Positions 38,026 to 48,170 are shown, counted from the first letter of the stretch. The stretch: DNA of 64,000 bases from Gemmatimonadota bacterium (GCA_039590375.1 JBDHFN010000004.1:577-64576), one strand, 5' to 3'. Made by a program: numbers and translations. The notes: generated from the letters alone by a model not told the origin.

Positions 38026-38133
38026 ACCCTGCTGACGGCGCTCTTGCTTGCGACGACCCTCGGGTCGTGACGACGTTCTGGCCTGATGACGACGCTTAGC
38101 CTGATGACGACGCTCTGCCTGCTGACACGTGGA
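38026..38133. repeat. Imperfect tandem array, about 6 units of 17-18 bp (core GCCTGATGACGACGCT)
   Basis: An exact 16-mer GCCTGATGACGACGCT occurs at 38081-38096 and 38099-38114. It is flanked by degenerate copies (ACCCTGCTGACGGCGCTC, TTGCTTGCGACGACCCTC, GGGTCGTGACGACGTTCT, TGCCTGCTGACACGTGGA). Intergenic, ending at the RBS of the cyclase gene. Confidence 0.75.
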
Positions 38134-38150
38134 GGGAGGGAGGTCCGAGA

Positions 38151-39200
38151 ATGAAGGCCTACACGCGGCGCAGGCTTCAGGCCTCGGTGAAGCTCGGGGT
38201 CGCCTCGATTCCAGCCTGGATGGCCCTGACGTTGATGCAGGGACGGGCGATCAATGCCGGAACGTTCATACTCTCCTTCGGCATCGGATTCGCCGTCGGG
38301 ACCGCTGAACTCTTCTTTCTCAGATCCTGGCTCCGACAACTCCCCTTCCTCTCACACTTGGCCGTGAAATCGCTGGCCATCACGGCGGTGATCTACGTTG
38401 CCGCCGCCCTCCTCAACATCCTGGACGTGATCATCGACGGGATGACGTGGCAGGCGTACGCAGACACGATCACGAGCGCCGAGTGGGCCTCAGGATTGGT
38501 CGAGGCGTTCGGCATGATCGCCTTCCTCCTCTTCTTCGTTCACCTCGACCGCCTCCTGGGCCCCGGCGTGTTGTTGGGGTACGTGACTGGGCGATACCAC
38601 CACCCCCATCGGGAGTCACGCATCTTCATGTTCCTGGATCTGAAGGGGTCCACTTCGCTGGCCGATGTGATGGACCCGGACCGGTACTTCGCCTTCTTGC
38701 ATCAATACTTCACGGAGATGTCGGACCCGATTCTCGAGACGAGCGCCGAAATCTACCAATACGTCGGCGATGAGATCGTCCTCTCCTGGAAGATGAAGAG
38801 CGGACTCGAGGAGGCCGGCTGCATCCGTGTGTTCTTTCTGATCGAAGACCAGATCCACGCGCACAGGGAGCGGTTCAGAACAGAGTACGGAGTGGTGCCC
38901 ACCTTCAAGGCTGGGGTCCACGCCGGCGACGTGATCACGGCCCAGATCGGTGAGCTCAAGAGCGAGATCGTCCACAACGGAGACGTGCTCAATACGACCG
39001 CCCGTATTCAAGGGCTCTGCAACGAGCTCGGTCACAAGCTCCTGGTGTCTGCGGAGCTCATGGACGAGCTGGAACTGGGACCAGAGTACGTGGTGGAGGA
39101 ATTGGGGCCCGTGGAATTGCGTGGAAAGGGGGAGGCGGCCAAGCTCTACGCGGTGAGTCGCGCAAATGGAAACCGTGATGTCCGGAGCGAAAGTTCCTAG
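38151..39200 (+). CDS. Membrane-anchored class III adenylate/guanylate cyclase
   Basis: GGAGGGAGGGAGG then ATG. About 4 N-terminal TMs. Cyclase core IFMFLDLKGSTSLA...YVGDEIVLSW...GDVLNTTARIQ. Confidence 0.85.
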   Translation: MKAYTRRRLQASVKLGVASIPAWMALTLMQGRAINAGTFILSFGIGFAVGTAELFFLRSWLRQLPFLSHLAVKSLAITAVIYVAAALLNILDVIIDGMTWQAYADTITSAEWASGLVEAFGMIAFLLFFVHLDRLLGPGVLLGYVTGRYHHPHRESRIFMFLDLKGSTSLADVMDPDRYFAFLHQYFTEMSDPILETSAEIYQYVGDEIVLSWKMKSGLEEAGCIRVFFLIEDQIHAHRERFRTEYGVVPTFKAGVHAGDVITAQIGELKSEIVHNGDVLNTTARIQGLCNELGHKLLVSAELMDELELGPEYVVEELGPVELRGKGEAAKLYAVSRANGNRDVRSESS

Positions 39201-39267
39201 CCTTACTTGCGCCGGGAACGAATTGACCGCACCCTCAGCGGGATACCTTGAACCAAGGAGGGATGCG

Positions 39268-40452
39268 ATGACATCCAAGCACTTCGCAGTAGCTGCCCTT
39301 GTCTTTATTTGCGCCGCCTGTACTGGTGTTGGCGACGCCGGGGAACCGACCGATATGGCGTCCGATCCGGCGCTCACCGACGGGTCTATGGCGCCGATGT
39401 TCGAGGTGGATCCGCTCTGGCCGAATCCGCTGCCGAATCATTGGCTGCTAGGCTCGACAATCGGCGTAGGGGTGGACTCGCGGGATCACGTTTGGATCAT
39501 CCACCGGGGGAACTTGGCGAACAACGAGATACCGGCGGCACTCGATCCGCCGAACGCGGACGAGTGTTGCTTCGCGGCACCGCCCGTTCTCGAGTTCGAC
39601 GCCGAGGGTAACCTGGTCCAGTCCTGGGGTGGTCCGGGTGACGGATACGACTGGCCGACGTCGAATCACGGCATCGTCGTGGACCATATGGACAACGTCT
39701 GGATTGGCGGGAATGGGGGCGGGGACTCGCACGTCTTGAAGTTCAGCCGCGCTGGGGACTTCCTCATGCAGGTGGGTGAAGCCGGTTTCGCGCAGCCCAA
39801 CAGCAATGCCGAAAACCACTTCTCGCGGGTGGCCAAGCTCCAATTCGACGGCCCAGCAAACGAGATGTACCTGGCCGACGGCTACGGGAACAAGCGAGTC
39901 GCGGTCATCGATGCGTCGAACGGGGACCTGAAGCGATTCTGGGGTGCCTACGGCAATGTGCCGAGCGACGACAACCTCGGAGCCTACGACCCGACCACGC
40001 CGAACCAGCAGTTCCGCGGTCCGGTGCACTGTGCCGATCCGTCCGACGACGGCTTGGTGTACGTCTGTGACCGTGGGTCAGACCGGATCCAGGTCTTCCA
40101 GAAGGACGGCACATACGTGGAAGAGATGTTCATCGAGAGGAATACGCGGGGCGCCGGAGCGGTTTGGGACGTCGCCTTCTCACCGGATCCGGGCCAGACC
40201 TTCATGTACGTCGTGGACGGCATGAACGAAAAGATCCACGTCGTCAGGCGCGAAGGGCTCGAGTACGTGTACAACTTCGGTGATGGCGGGCGTACGCCTG
40301 GTCAGTTCTACGGGGCGCACAGCATCGCGACCGACTCGAACGGAAATATCTACACGACGGAGACCTACGAAGGGAAGCGGGTCCAGAAGCACCTCTATAG
40401 AGGTATGGGGCCGGCACCGAGTGGGTCGATCGGCGTGGCCAGGGGGAATTAG
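39268..40452 (+). CDS. NHL-repeat beta-propeller lipoprotein
   Basis: AAGGAGGG then ATG. Lipobox LVFICAAC. Repeated NHL-like blocks (MYLADGYGNKRVAVID, LVYVCDRGSDRIQVF, FMYVVDGMNEKIHVV, NIYTTETYEGKRVQK). Confidence 0.8.
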   Translation: MTSKHFAVAALVFICAACTGVGDAGEPTDMASDPALTDGSMAPMFEVDPLWPNPLPNHWLLGSTIGVGVDSRDHVWIIHRGNLANNEIPAALDPPNADECCFAAPPVLEFDAEGNLVQSWGGPGDGYDWPTSNHGIVVDHMDNVWIGGNGGGDSHVLKFSRAGDFLMQVGEAGFAQPNSNAENHFSRVAKLQFDGPANEMYLADGYGNKRVAVIDASNGDLKRFWGAYGNVPSDDNLGAYDPTTPNQQFRGPVHCADPSDDGLVYVCDRGSDRIQVFQKDGTYVEEMFIERNTRGAGAVWDVAFSPDPGQTFMYVVDGMNEKIHVVRREGLEYVYNFGDGGRTPGQFYGAHSIATDSNGNIYTTETYEGKRVQKHLYRGMGPAPSGSIGVARGN

Positions 40453-40496
40453 AGACCCGGCACTCTCGGATCAGCCTTCACGCTGAGAGAACAACA

Positions 40497-40526
40497 GGGC
40501 CGCGCGACCACCTGGTCGCGCGGCCC
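40497..40526. terminator. Bidirectional hairpin between convergent genes
   Basis: GGGCCGCGCGACCA / TGGTCGCGCGGCCC is a near-perfect palindrome. It is A-rich upstream and has TTCGTTG downstream. Confidence 0.6.
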
Positions 40527-40561
40527 TTCGTTGATCCGTGCCTGTGGCTACCCTGAAGCGC

Positions 40562-41299
40562 CTACCGCCCGTGCCATCCATCATCGTGATGACCCCCATC
40601 ACCCCCAAACCCGATCGACACCCCCACACGGAAGCTCCACAGGTTCGCTTCGGTCCTGCGGGGATAGATGACCACGCTGCCATCCGGCTGATCGACGATG
40701 TCTCCTTCTCTCAAGTACGTGGCCATGCCGTTGCGATGATAGTCGGCACCGAGATCCAACCAGACCGGGCGCCGTCCGTTCGATAGCCGGAGGCCCAGTC
40801 CCGCGCCCGCCCGCTGCTGAAAGACGAGGTCGTCGAGATTATTGGTGTTGGCATACGAGTGGCCAGACCAATCATCGCTTCCACTGAGCCCCGAAGTCGT
40901 TACGAAATAGCCCGCGCCGAGGGAAACCCTCCCGTAGGGACGCAACGGACCCATTCCGATGGCAAACTCGGGGCCGACACCCATGAAGAGGATGTTGTTC
41001 CGCGTGTCGAGATCCATGCCGACCCGACAGCTATACACGCTGCAGAACCGGAGTGTCTCGTTCCCGTAGTTGATGAAACCCAGACTGCCCCGAACACTGA
41101 GAAGTCCGGCCGAGTCCAGCTCATAACGCCCGCCGAGTTCCAGCCCCCACCCCTCGTCCACATTCAGCCCGAAGTCCCCTGTGGGCTGCGCCCCAACCAA
41201 TGTGACGTCGAAATACCCACGAGGCGCACGGGTTGTCTGGGCCTGGGCTGAACCGGCTGAAAGCGTCACTACTAGGCCGGCGATCAAGGCGATACGCAT
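40562..41299 (-). CDS. Putative outer-membrane beta-barrel protein with His-rich C-terminal tail
   Basis: GGAGGTGG then ATG at 41299. Signal peptide MRIALIAGLVVTLSAGSAQAQ. Alternating hydrophobic beta-strand patterns. Tail is GGDGGHHDDGWHGR. Confidence 0.65.
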   Translation of the reverse strand: MRIALIAGLVVTLSAGSAQAQTTRAPRGYFDVTLVGAQPTGDFGLNVDEGWGLELGGRYELDSAGLLSVRGSLGFINYGNETLRFCSVYSCRVGMDLDTRNNILFMGVGPEFAIGMGPLRPYGRVSLGAGYFVTTSGLSGSDDWSGHSYANTNNLDDLVFQQRAGAGLGLRLSNGRRPVWLDLGADYHRNGMATYLREGDIVDQPDGSVVIYPRRTEANLWSFRVGVSIGFGGDGGHHDDGWHGR

Positions 41300-41922
41300 T
41301 TCCACCTCCATGGGCACGTGTGCCATTTTTCTCCAAGACCTCTCCACGGCACCGGGCATCCAAATGGGCAAGACCGATGCCAAGAAGCGAGAGGGAACGC
41401 CCGCGCGCCCGCGCGCACGCCAAAACCACCAAACTGAAGGGATTTTCCGCCGAGAACGGTAGCGGAAGCACAAGGATTCCGGTGGGAATCGTGCCGGGTC
41501 AGGAGACCGACTGTCCTCTCCATAGGACGGCACGCCCACGCATGGAGGAGTAAGGCCCAGACTCACGAGAAGGCAGGCGCTACCGAAAGCCGCCAAGATC
41601 CGAGTCACCGCAGGATTACCGCAATCGCTCGACCTTCAGAGCCCTCAACGAGGGACCCTCTGCGAGCGTCCGTCCAAGACTCTGTCACAGGAGCACTTAA
41701 GACATCGGTGCAGCACCGACCATGCGAATCCCACTCTTTTCAGCCCTCATCGGAGGCACGAACGATTTTAACCCAATAAGAAAGCGCTTGACTCTCAGCC
41801 GTCACCTGTGAGTTATTGGTGGTGGCGCCGAGAAATCGATGGCGCACGTGAAGTATTGGCACGGGCGTCAGAATCAGAAGAAGAATGACGCATTTTTCAT
41901 CTTCGTGATCAAAGGATCTGAA

Positions 41923-42576
41923 ATGACGACACAAGAATCCGTATTTGCTTTCGCAATGGCGGCGCTGTTGGTTGCGACGCCGGCCACGGGGCAGTTGCTC
42001 AATCACCCCGTCCAGGCGTTGCCGCAGGGTCCGGCCGATGGAGCCACCTTCGCGGCGGTGCAGTTCGCTCGCGGACTCAATGACAACTCCGGAAAGCAGA
42101 ACTCCTTCGCTGCGGCAGTTGGAAGAGGCATGGAGAGAGTTTCCGTCAGTGGTTCCGCCGGCTACGTCGCCAGCGACACCGACGAGCTGACGCTCGCCGC
42201 TTCGGTGGCCGTGCATCTGCTCAGTGACGACAGCACGCCCGTTCAGGTGAGCGTGCAGGGTGGCTTCGGCTGGGCTTCCATCGATGGCACCCCCGACAAC
42301 CTGTCGCTCACCCGCTTTCCGGTCGGCGTGGCGATCTCGGCCCGCCCGGCCGACTCCGGCACGTCGATCAGGCCTTGGATCATGCCCCGCCTCGATATCG
42401 AGAGATCCTCCCTCGGTGGCGTCAGCAACACCGAGTCGGACATCGGCGTTTCGGGTGGCGTAGCGCTCACCAGCGAGAGTGGGGCCGGCTTCCACGTGGC
42501 TGGTGATTGGGTCAACGTCGAGGGTGGCTCACCCTTCGGAATCAGCGTTGGCGCGCACTACGTGTTGGGCCGCTAA
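41923..42576 (+). CDS. Putative small outer-membrane beta-barrel protein (paralog 1)
   Basis: Signal peptide FAFAMAALLVATPATGQ. Alternating-strand patterns. Clearly homologous to the 42845..43501 product (shared ...ATPA.GQL.N.PV.AL..G...G.GLND.SGK...MERVS...). Confidence 0.65.
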   Translation: MTTQESVFAFAMAALLVATPATGQLLNHPVQALPQGPADGATFAAVQFARGLNDNSGKQNSFAAAVGRGMERVSVSGSAGYVASDTDELTLAASVAVHLLSDDSTPVQVSVQGGFGWASIDGTPDNLSLTRFPVGVAISARPADSGTSIRPWIMPRLDIERSSLGGVSNTESDIGVSGGVALTSESGAGFHVAGDWVNVEGGSPFGISVGAHYVLGR

Positions 42577-42844
42577 CCGTACTAGCTGACTGAATTCTGG
42601 GTACGTCTTGCCCGGGCGGGCGGGCTGGATCAGCCGGAACAACCCGTCCGGGCAGGGCTCGCAGCTTGCCACATCGGATTCGCGAGCCCGTGAAGTGTCG
42701 GATGAAAGGGGTTGACTCCCACTTGTGGGGGTGAGGTATTTACTACGAGCGCTGGAAGGTTATGGCGCGTGTGAGGGATATTCGTGAGGGCGTCGATCCA
42801 GAGAGAGGCGCATCTTCCACCTACGTTTCCAAAAGGGACGTCAA

Positions 42845-43501
42845 ATGAACCGAATCAAATTTGTATTCTCCGTCGCGATCGCGGCTTTGTTGACCGCGAC
42901 GCCGGCCATGGGCCAACTGGTCAACTTCCCCGTCCTCGCCTTGGCACCGGGCGATGCTGACGGAAACACGTCCATCGGTGCGGGCTGGGGCCGCGGACTC
43001 AATGACCAGTCCGGAAAGCTGGACTTGATCGGCGCGGGGGTCCATAGAAATATGGAGAGGGTTTCCTTCGGGATCAGCGGCGGCTACCTCCTCAACGACG
43101 ATCCTATCGACGATGAGGTGGCGCTCGCTGGCAGCGTAGCCTATCACGTGCCTTTAGATGGCTCCGTGAATGTAGGCATTCAGAGCGGCATCGGATGGTT
43201 CAATCCTGGCGAATCGATCCTTCTCATTCCGGTCGGCGTAGCGATATCCGGCAGCACCGAAGCCGGCTCCCTTACCGTGAACCCCTGGGTGATGCCTCGC
43301 GTCCAGTTCACCCGAGTGGGTGGCACCGCCAGCAGCACCGAAACGGACTTCGGCGCATCGGGTGGCGTAGCGATCCAGACCGAAGGCGGCTTCGGATTCG
43401 GCCTGGCTCTCGATCTTATCATTCAGGACGACATATCCGCGCCCGGCGACAATGCATCGTCGCTCGGGCTCGGCACGTACGTGTTCTACGCGCTACCGTA
43501 A
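42845..43501 (+). CDS. Putative small outer-membrane beta-barrel protein (paralog 2)
   Basis: Signal peptide FSVAIAALLTATPAMGQ. Collinear similarity to paralog 1 along its whole length. Confidence 0.65.
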   Translation: MNRIKFVFSVAIAALLTATPAMGQLVNFPVLALAPGDADGNTSIGAGWGRGLNDQSGKLDLIGAGVHRNMERVSFGISGGYLLNDDPIDDEVALAGSVAYHVPLDGSVNVGIQSGIGWFNPGESILLIPVGVAISGSTEAGSLTVNPWVMPRVQFTRVGGTASSTETDFGASGGVAIQTEGGFGFGLALDLIIQDDISAPGDNASSLGLGTYVFYALP

Positions 43502-43581
43502 CACCGGAGGCGTCTTTGTTCGGACGGCCCGGCTGATCAAGCCGTAACGCGCCGTCAGAGCAAGGCTCATCCATTCGACGC

Positions 43582-43610
43582 GGCTCCCCAGCCCTGAGGG
43601 CTGGGGAGCC
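43582..43610. terminator. Hairpin terminator between convergent genes
   Basis: Perfect 13-bp stem GGCTCCCCAGCCC - TGA - GGGCTGGGGAGCC, followed by GTTCGTCTTA. Confidence 0.65.
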
Positions 43611-43632
43611 GTTCGTCTTAGGGTCAGCCCCG

Positions 43633-44166
43633 CTACGTCAGCCCCGCTACGTACGCCCCGATGCTATAGGCGAGCGCCGACGCCACCATCCCCAGCAACA
43701 ACATCTCCATTCCGCTCTTCAACCACCCTACTCGCGTGACCAGGGATCGCAGGGCCCCAACCACGAACAGCGTGCTGAGCGTCAGGACCGCCGCGATCGG
43801 AAATCGATCCGAGGTTGCCCCAGGAAACAGGTAGGCAGCCAGCGGAATCGCTCCGACCAGAACGAAGGCAACGAACGTGGCCGTTCCGTGCCGGAACGCG
43901 AACGGCTCGTCCCTCTCCAGGCCGTCAGCGGTGCGAACGTCCTGGCCCGACCGGATCGCGAGCACATTGCTGGCCCCCATGGAGAACCCGTCGGCGATCA
44001 GGTTGGCGAAGCCGAGGATCAGTACGGTGCGCGCAGGAAGCGAGGCTCCGGACACACCCGCGACGACGGCGAAGGTGGTGATGATTCCGTCATTGGCGCC
44101 GTAAACGAGATCGCCCAGATAGTGGCGCGCCAAGCCGCTCAAGGACCGGGGTTCGTGATCGTGCAT
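43633..44166 (-). CDS. VIT1/CCC1-family iron/manganese transporter
   Basis: GGAGGA then ATG at 44166. Hallmark LVYGANDGIITTFAVVAGVSGA. Five TM-like segments. Confidence 0.85.
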   Translation of the reverse strand: MHDHEPRSLSGLARHYLGDLVYGANDGIITTFAVVAGVSGASLPARTVLILGFANLIADGFSMGASNVLAIRSGQDVRTADGLERDEPFAFRHGTATFVAFVLVGAIPLAAYLFPGATSDRFPIAAVLTLSTLFVVGALRSLVTRVGWLKSGMEMLLLGMVASALAYSIGAYVAGLT

Positions 44167-44347
44167 GGGATCCTCCATAGAGACATTACCGTAAAACCCT
44201 AGAACCATGGCCGCGCGAGCACCTTTGCCCGGCGCCATGGCTTCGTCCATCTTTACAGATCGGCCCGATGGATCGGTGGCCTCGCCGCCCGTGGCCCGGT
44301 GGCTGGAATCCGGACAGGGCAGGCGTTCAATGTAGAAGGATCGACGG

Positions 44348-47300
44348 ATGAAAATAGCGCGTGTCTCACTGTGCCTCGTCGCCACGGCCCTGATCCTTCC
44401 CCTCGGGTCGGCAGCGCATGCTCAGGACGACGTGATGCAGGGCCTCGGCCCGGCGGCCTTCCTCGAATGGCGCGAGGTTGGGCCAGCCGTCGTCGGTGGA
44501 CGCGTGAGCGACCTAGCCGTCGACGAAACCGACACGCGCACGATCTACGTGGGCACCGCAACCTCGGGCGTCTGGAAGAGCACGAACCACGGCACGACCT
44601 GGGAGCCCATCTTCACGGACCAATCCACGGCCTCGATCGGCGATGTGACGCTTGCCCCGTCGAACCCCGACGTCGTGTGGGTCGGAACGGGGGAGCCCCA
44701 GAACCGGCAGAGTTCTCCGTGGGGGGACGGCGTGTTCAGGTCGATGGACGGGGGGCGGACGTGGACCCACAAGGGTCTTCAGGCCACCCGCCATATCTCG
44801 CGGATCCAAGTCGACCCGCGGAACCCGGACGTCGCGTACGTCGCCGCGGTGGGCAACCTCTGGACGGAGAGCCCGGAGCGGGGCGTCTACAAGACGACAG
44901 ACGGCGGAGACAGTTGGGACCTGGTCCTGTACTTGGACGCCAACACAGGAGCGATCGACCTCGCCATGGATCCCTCAGACCCCAACACGCTATTCGCGGC
45001 GATGTATTCGCGGCGGCGCACGGCGTGGGGCTTCAACGGCGGTGGGCCTGGAAGCGGTATCTACCGTACGACGGACGGTGGCGCGGACTGGACCCGCCTG
45101 GGGGAGGGCCTCCCGGACGGAGACCTTGGGCGCATCGGACTCGACATCTACCGGAGGGACGGAAACGTCGTCTTCGCCACCGTGGAAGCCCGCCGTGGCC
45201 AAACGGGGGTCTACGGCTCCACCGACGGGGGTGACACCTGGGAGAGCCTCTCCAGCACGAATCCTCGGCCGATGTACTTCAGCCAGATTCGGGTCGACCC
45301 GAACGACCCGGAGCGGATCTACGTCGGCGGCCAGGATCTCATGCGCTCCGACGACGGTGGGAGGACCTTCACGGACGACGGCGCCGAGAACGTCCATCTC
45401 GACCATCACGCGCTCTGGATCGATCCGAGCGACTCCAACCACTTGCTGCTCGGTGGCGACGGAGGCGTCTCGACTTCCTTCGACCGCTCCGAGACGTGGC
45501 GGTTCTATGACAACCTGCCCATCGCCCAGTTCTACGAGATCGGCTTCGACAACCGGCGGCCGTACTGGGTCTGTGGGGGACTCCAGGACAACGGGACCTG
45601 GTGCGGTCCCACGAACACTCTCGACAGCCAGGGTATACGCAACGCCGATTGGCAGAACGTCGGGGGTGGAGATGGATTCTACGTGCGAATCGACCCAACC
45701 GACCCGACAGTCGTGTACGCCGAGTCGCAGAATGGAGCCATCAGGCGAGTCGATACCGATACGGGCGAGCGGGTGTCCCTCCGGCCCTCACCCCTCTTCG
45801 AGCTGGACGAGGGCTCGATTCCAAAGAAGGAGTATCCTTCGGATAACGAACCGGACGAGGAGGCGCGCGAATACAGGTTCAACTGGAACACCCCGATGGT
45901 GGTCTCGGTGCACGATCCGAGCACCATCTATCTCGGCAGCCAGATGCTCCTCAGAAGTAGCGATCAGGGACTCAGCTGGACTCAGATCAGCCCCGACCTG
46001 ACGTACGACATCGACCGCTCGCAGCTGCCCATCATGGATGAGCTCCCATCCGATTCGATGCTGTCGAGGCACGACGGTGTGACCTTCTACAGCACGGTGA
46101 CGACGCTGTCCGAATCGCCTCTCGACCCGAGCGTTCTGTATACGGGTAGTGACGACGGACGGGTCATGGGTACGCGGGACGGTGGGGCCACGTGGGTCGA
46201 CCTCACGGACAACATCCGGAATCTGCCCGATAACACGTACGTGAGTCGAATCGTGGCGTCCAACGCCGAGGAGGGCCGGGTCTACGCCACCTTCGACGGA
46301 CACTACTCCGGGGACTTCGCGCCTCACGTCTACGTGAGCGACGACTTCGGGGAGCGTTGGCAATCGATCACGGACGGACTGCCCCAAGCCTCCGTCAACG
46401 TCCTGATCGAACACCCGGACGAAGGCGATCTCCTGTTCCTGGGTAACGAGGTCGGCTTGTTCGTGTCTTTGGACGGTGGGGAGCGATGGGATCCACTCAT
46501 GAACGGTCTCCCCACCGTCCCCGTCGATGACGTCCATATACACCCCGCCTACGGCGACCTACTGATCGGAACCCACGGCCGTGGCATATGGGTGCTCGAC
46601 GATATCGCACCACTGGAACAGCTGGCGAGCGGGTCGATCACGTCCGGGACGCCCTATCTGTTCCGGGGCGGGCAGGCCATCCAGTGGAGGCATCGTAATA
46701 TTCAGGATTTCCCGGCCTCGGGTGAGTTCAGGCTTCCCAATCCGAGTGTCGGCGCGCGGATCCGTTACTGGATTCCAGAGGGGATCGACCTGGGTGATTT
46801 GGAAGCACGCGACGGGAGTGGAGACGCCGTCGAGGACGGCGTCGAGGATCGTGTGGGGGGCGGATTGGATGACGAGGAGGCCGAAGAGGGAAACGAGGAC
46901 GGTCCGCAGCTCGAGATCGAGATTCTCACTGCCATGGGACAGCCCGTGAGGACGCTGAGCGCGCCCGCGATGCCCGGAGCCCACGAGGTGCTGTGGGACT
47001 TCCGGATCCCTCCCGCCTACCTACCGGACCAGGATGATCCGGAAGCAGAAGAACTCAGGGCCCGAGGGCCCACCGTGCTCCCGAGCGTATATCAGATCCG
47101 AATGGATGTAGGCGAGACCACGATGTTCGGAGACGTCACGGTTCGGCAGGACCCGCGGATCGATATATCGAGAGCGGATCTGGCCGCACGCCAGGCGGCG
47201 CTGATGTCCATGCACGAGTTGCAGGCGCCTGTGTATCATGCCCGTGAGGCAAGCGGACGGCTTCAACAGGAACTCTCCGAGGTGGAGCAGCTCCTGGGCG

Positions 47301-47608
47301 ACACCGACGCCGCCGAAACGTTCGCAGAGCAGCTGAGGGAGATCATGCGGGTCCTCGACGACCTGGATGGAGACTTGAGTCGTTTGCCCATGGATTTGGG
47401 TCGGCAGATCGAAGCCTCGACCACGCGCCCCACCGAAGATCAGCTCCAAGACATCGAGCGGGCGTGGGAAGACGCTCCCGAACTCATCGGGCAACTCAAC
47501 GCCCTGATCCTGGTCCGAGTACCAAGGTTCTACGAAAGATTGAACGACGAGAGGGTCCAGGCCGAACCGGGAGAGCCCCTGCTGATCCCAAGGCGACGAG
47601 GAGGATGA
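44348..47608 (+). CDS. Sortilin/VPS10-like BNR (Asp-box) repeat protein, secreted
   Basis: Signal peptide. Many S-x-D-x-G-x-T-W Asp-box repeats (STNHGTTWE, SMDGGRTWT, TTDGGDSWD, TTDGGADWT, STDGGDTWE, SDDGGRTFT, TRDGGATWV, SDDFGERWQ, SLDGGERWD). 1086 aa. Confidence 0.85.
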   Translation: MKIARVSLCLVATALILPLGSAAHAQDDVMQGLGPAAFLEWREVGPAVVGGRVSDLAVDETDTRTIYVGTATSGVWKSTNHGTTWEPIFTDQSTASIGDVTLAPSNPDVVWVGTGEPQNRQSSPWGDGVFRSMDGGRTWTHKGLQATRHISRIQVDPRNPDVAYVAAVGNLWTESPERGVYKTTDGGDSWDLVLYLDANTGAIDLAMDPSDPNTLFAAMYSRRRTAWGFNGGGPGSGIYRTTDGGADWTRLGEGLPDGDLGRIGLDIYRRDGNVVFATVEARRGQTGVYGSTDGGDTWESLSSTNPRPMYFSQIRVDPNDPERIYVGGQDLMRSDDGGRTFTDDGAENVHLDHHALWIDPSDSNHLLLGGDGGVSTSFDRSETWRFYDNLPIAQFYEIGFDNRRPYWVCGGLQDNGTWCGPTNTLDSQGIRNADWQNVGGGDGFYVRIDPTDPTVVYAESQNGAIRRVDTDTGERVSLRPSPLFELDEGSIPKKEYPSDNEPDEEAREYRFNWNTPMVVSVHDPSTIYLGSQMLLRSSDQGLSWTQISPDLTYDIDRSQLPIMDELPSDSMLSRHDGVTFYSTVTTLSESPLDPSVLYTGSDDGRVMGTRDGGATWVDLTDNIRNLPDNTYVSRIVASNAEEGRVYATFDGHYSGDFAPHVYVSDDFGERWQSITDGLPQASVNVLIEHPDEGDLLFLGNEVGLFVSLDGGERWDPLMNGLPTVPVDDVHIHPAYGDLLIGTHGRGIWVLDDIAPLEQLASGSITSGTPYLFRGGQAIQWRHRNIQDFPASGEFRLPNPSVGARIRYWIPEGIDLGDLEARDGSGDAVEDGVEDRVGGGLDDEEAEEGNEDGPQLEIEILTAMGQPVRTLSAPAMPGAHEVLWDFRIPPAYLPDQDDPEAEELRARGPTVLPSVYQIRMDVGETTMFGDVTVRQDPRIDISRADLAARQAALMSMHELQAPVYHAREASGRLQQELSEVEQLLGDTDAAETFAEQLREIMRVLDDLDGDLSRLPMDLGRQIEASTTRPTEDQLQDIERAWEDAPELIGQLNALILVRVPRFYERLNDERVQAEPGEPLLIPRRRGG

Positions 47609-47657
47609 AGCCGCGGCGGGTGAAGCCGGGGAGGAAGGCGCGGGAGGGGAGGGAGCC

Positions 47658-48170
47658 GTGAAACTGGAAGAGGTCCAGGCCGTCATCGACAGTGCCAAGG
47701 CCCGCGGTTCGGATCAACTGGCGACTTACATTCGGAGCCGGCTGCCCGAAGCCTCAGATGCGCATGTTCACGATGCCGCTTCGGTCTTGCTCGAGATCAT
47801 CGAGAGCGTCCCGCTCATTCTGGCGGCCGCCGCTCAGGGAGCCGAGGATCGTAACCTGACGCACGTCGTCCAGCCGGTTCTCGATAGGGCTGTCCGTTAT
47901 TTTCTCCACCCCGTCGATCTCATGCCGGAGATGACACTGGGGTTGCCCGGCTTACTCGACGATACGTATCTGGTCCTCCGAATCCTCATGGTCCTCGAGG
48001 AGGGTCCGGAACCCCTGGTGGATTGGGACCTGGACCGCCCGACATCCCTGATACGTAGCCTGCTCGAGGACGCCGTCAGCGAGGAGCTCGACGTGATCTC
48101 CACTCTCGCGTTCGAGGAAATTGCCGATGACGTGAGACAGTCGTGGGGCTCCGAGCCGCTCGACGCCTGA
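47658..48170 (+). CDS. Hypothetical acidic protein
   Basis: GTG start. 170 aa, predicted helical. No recognised motif. Confidence 0.5.
   Translation: MKLEEVQAVIDSAKARGSDQLATYIRSRLPEASDAHVHDAASVLLEIIESVPLILAAAAQGAEDRNLTHVVQPVLDRAVRYFLHPVDLMPEMTLGLPGLLDDTYLVLRILMVLEEGPEPLVDWDLDRPTSLIRSLLEDAVSEELDVISTLAFEEIADDVRQSWGSEPLDA

Noticed and set aside
41300-41608. Lipoprotein-like signal (MTRILAAFGSACLLVSLGLTPPC) at the far 5' end of the 40562..41608 ORF
   Set aside because: The intervening 100 residues are Arg/Trp/Pro-rich nonsense. A canonical signal peptide with a strong GGAGGTGG RBS follows at the ATG at 41299.
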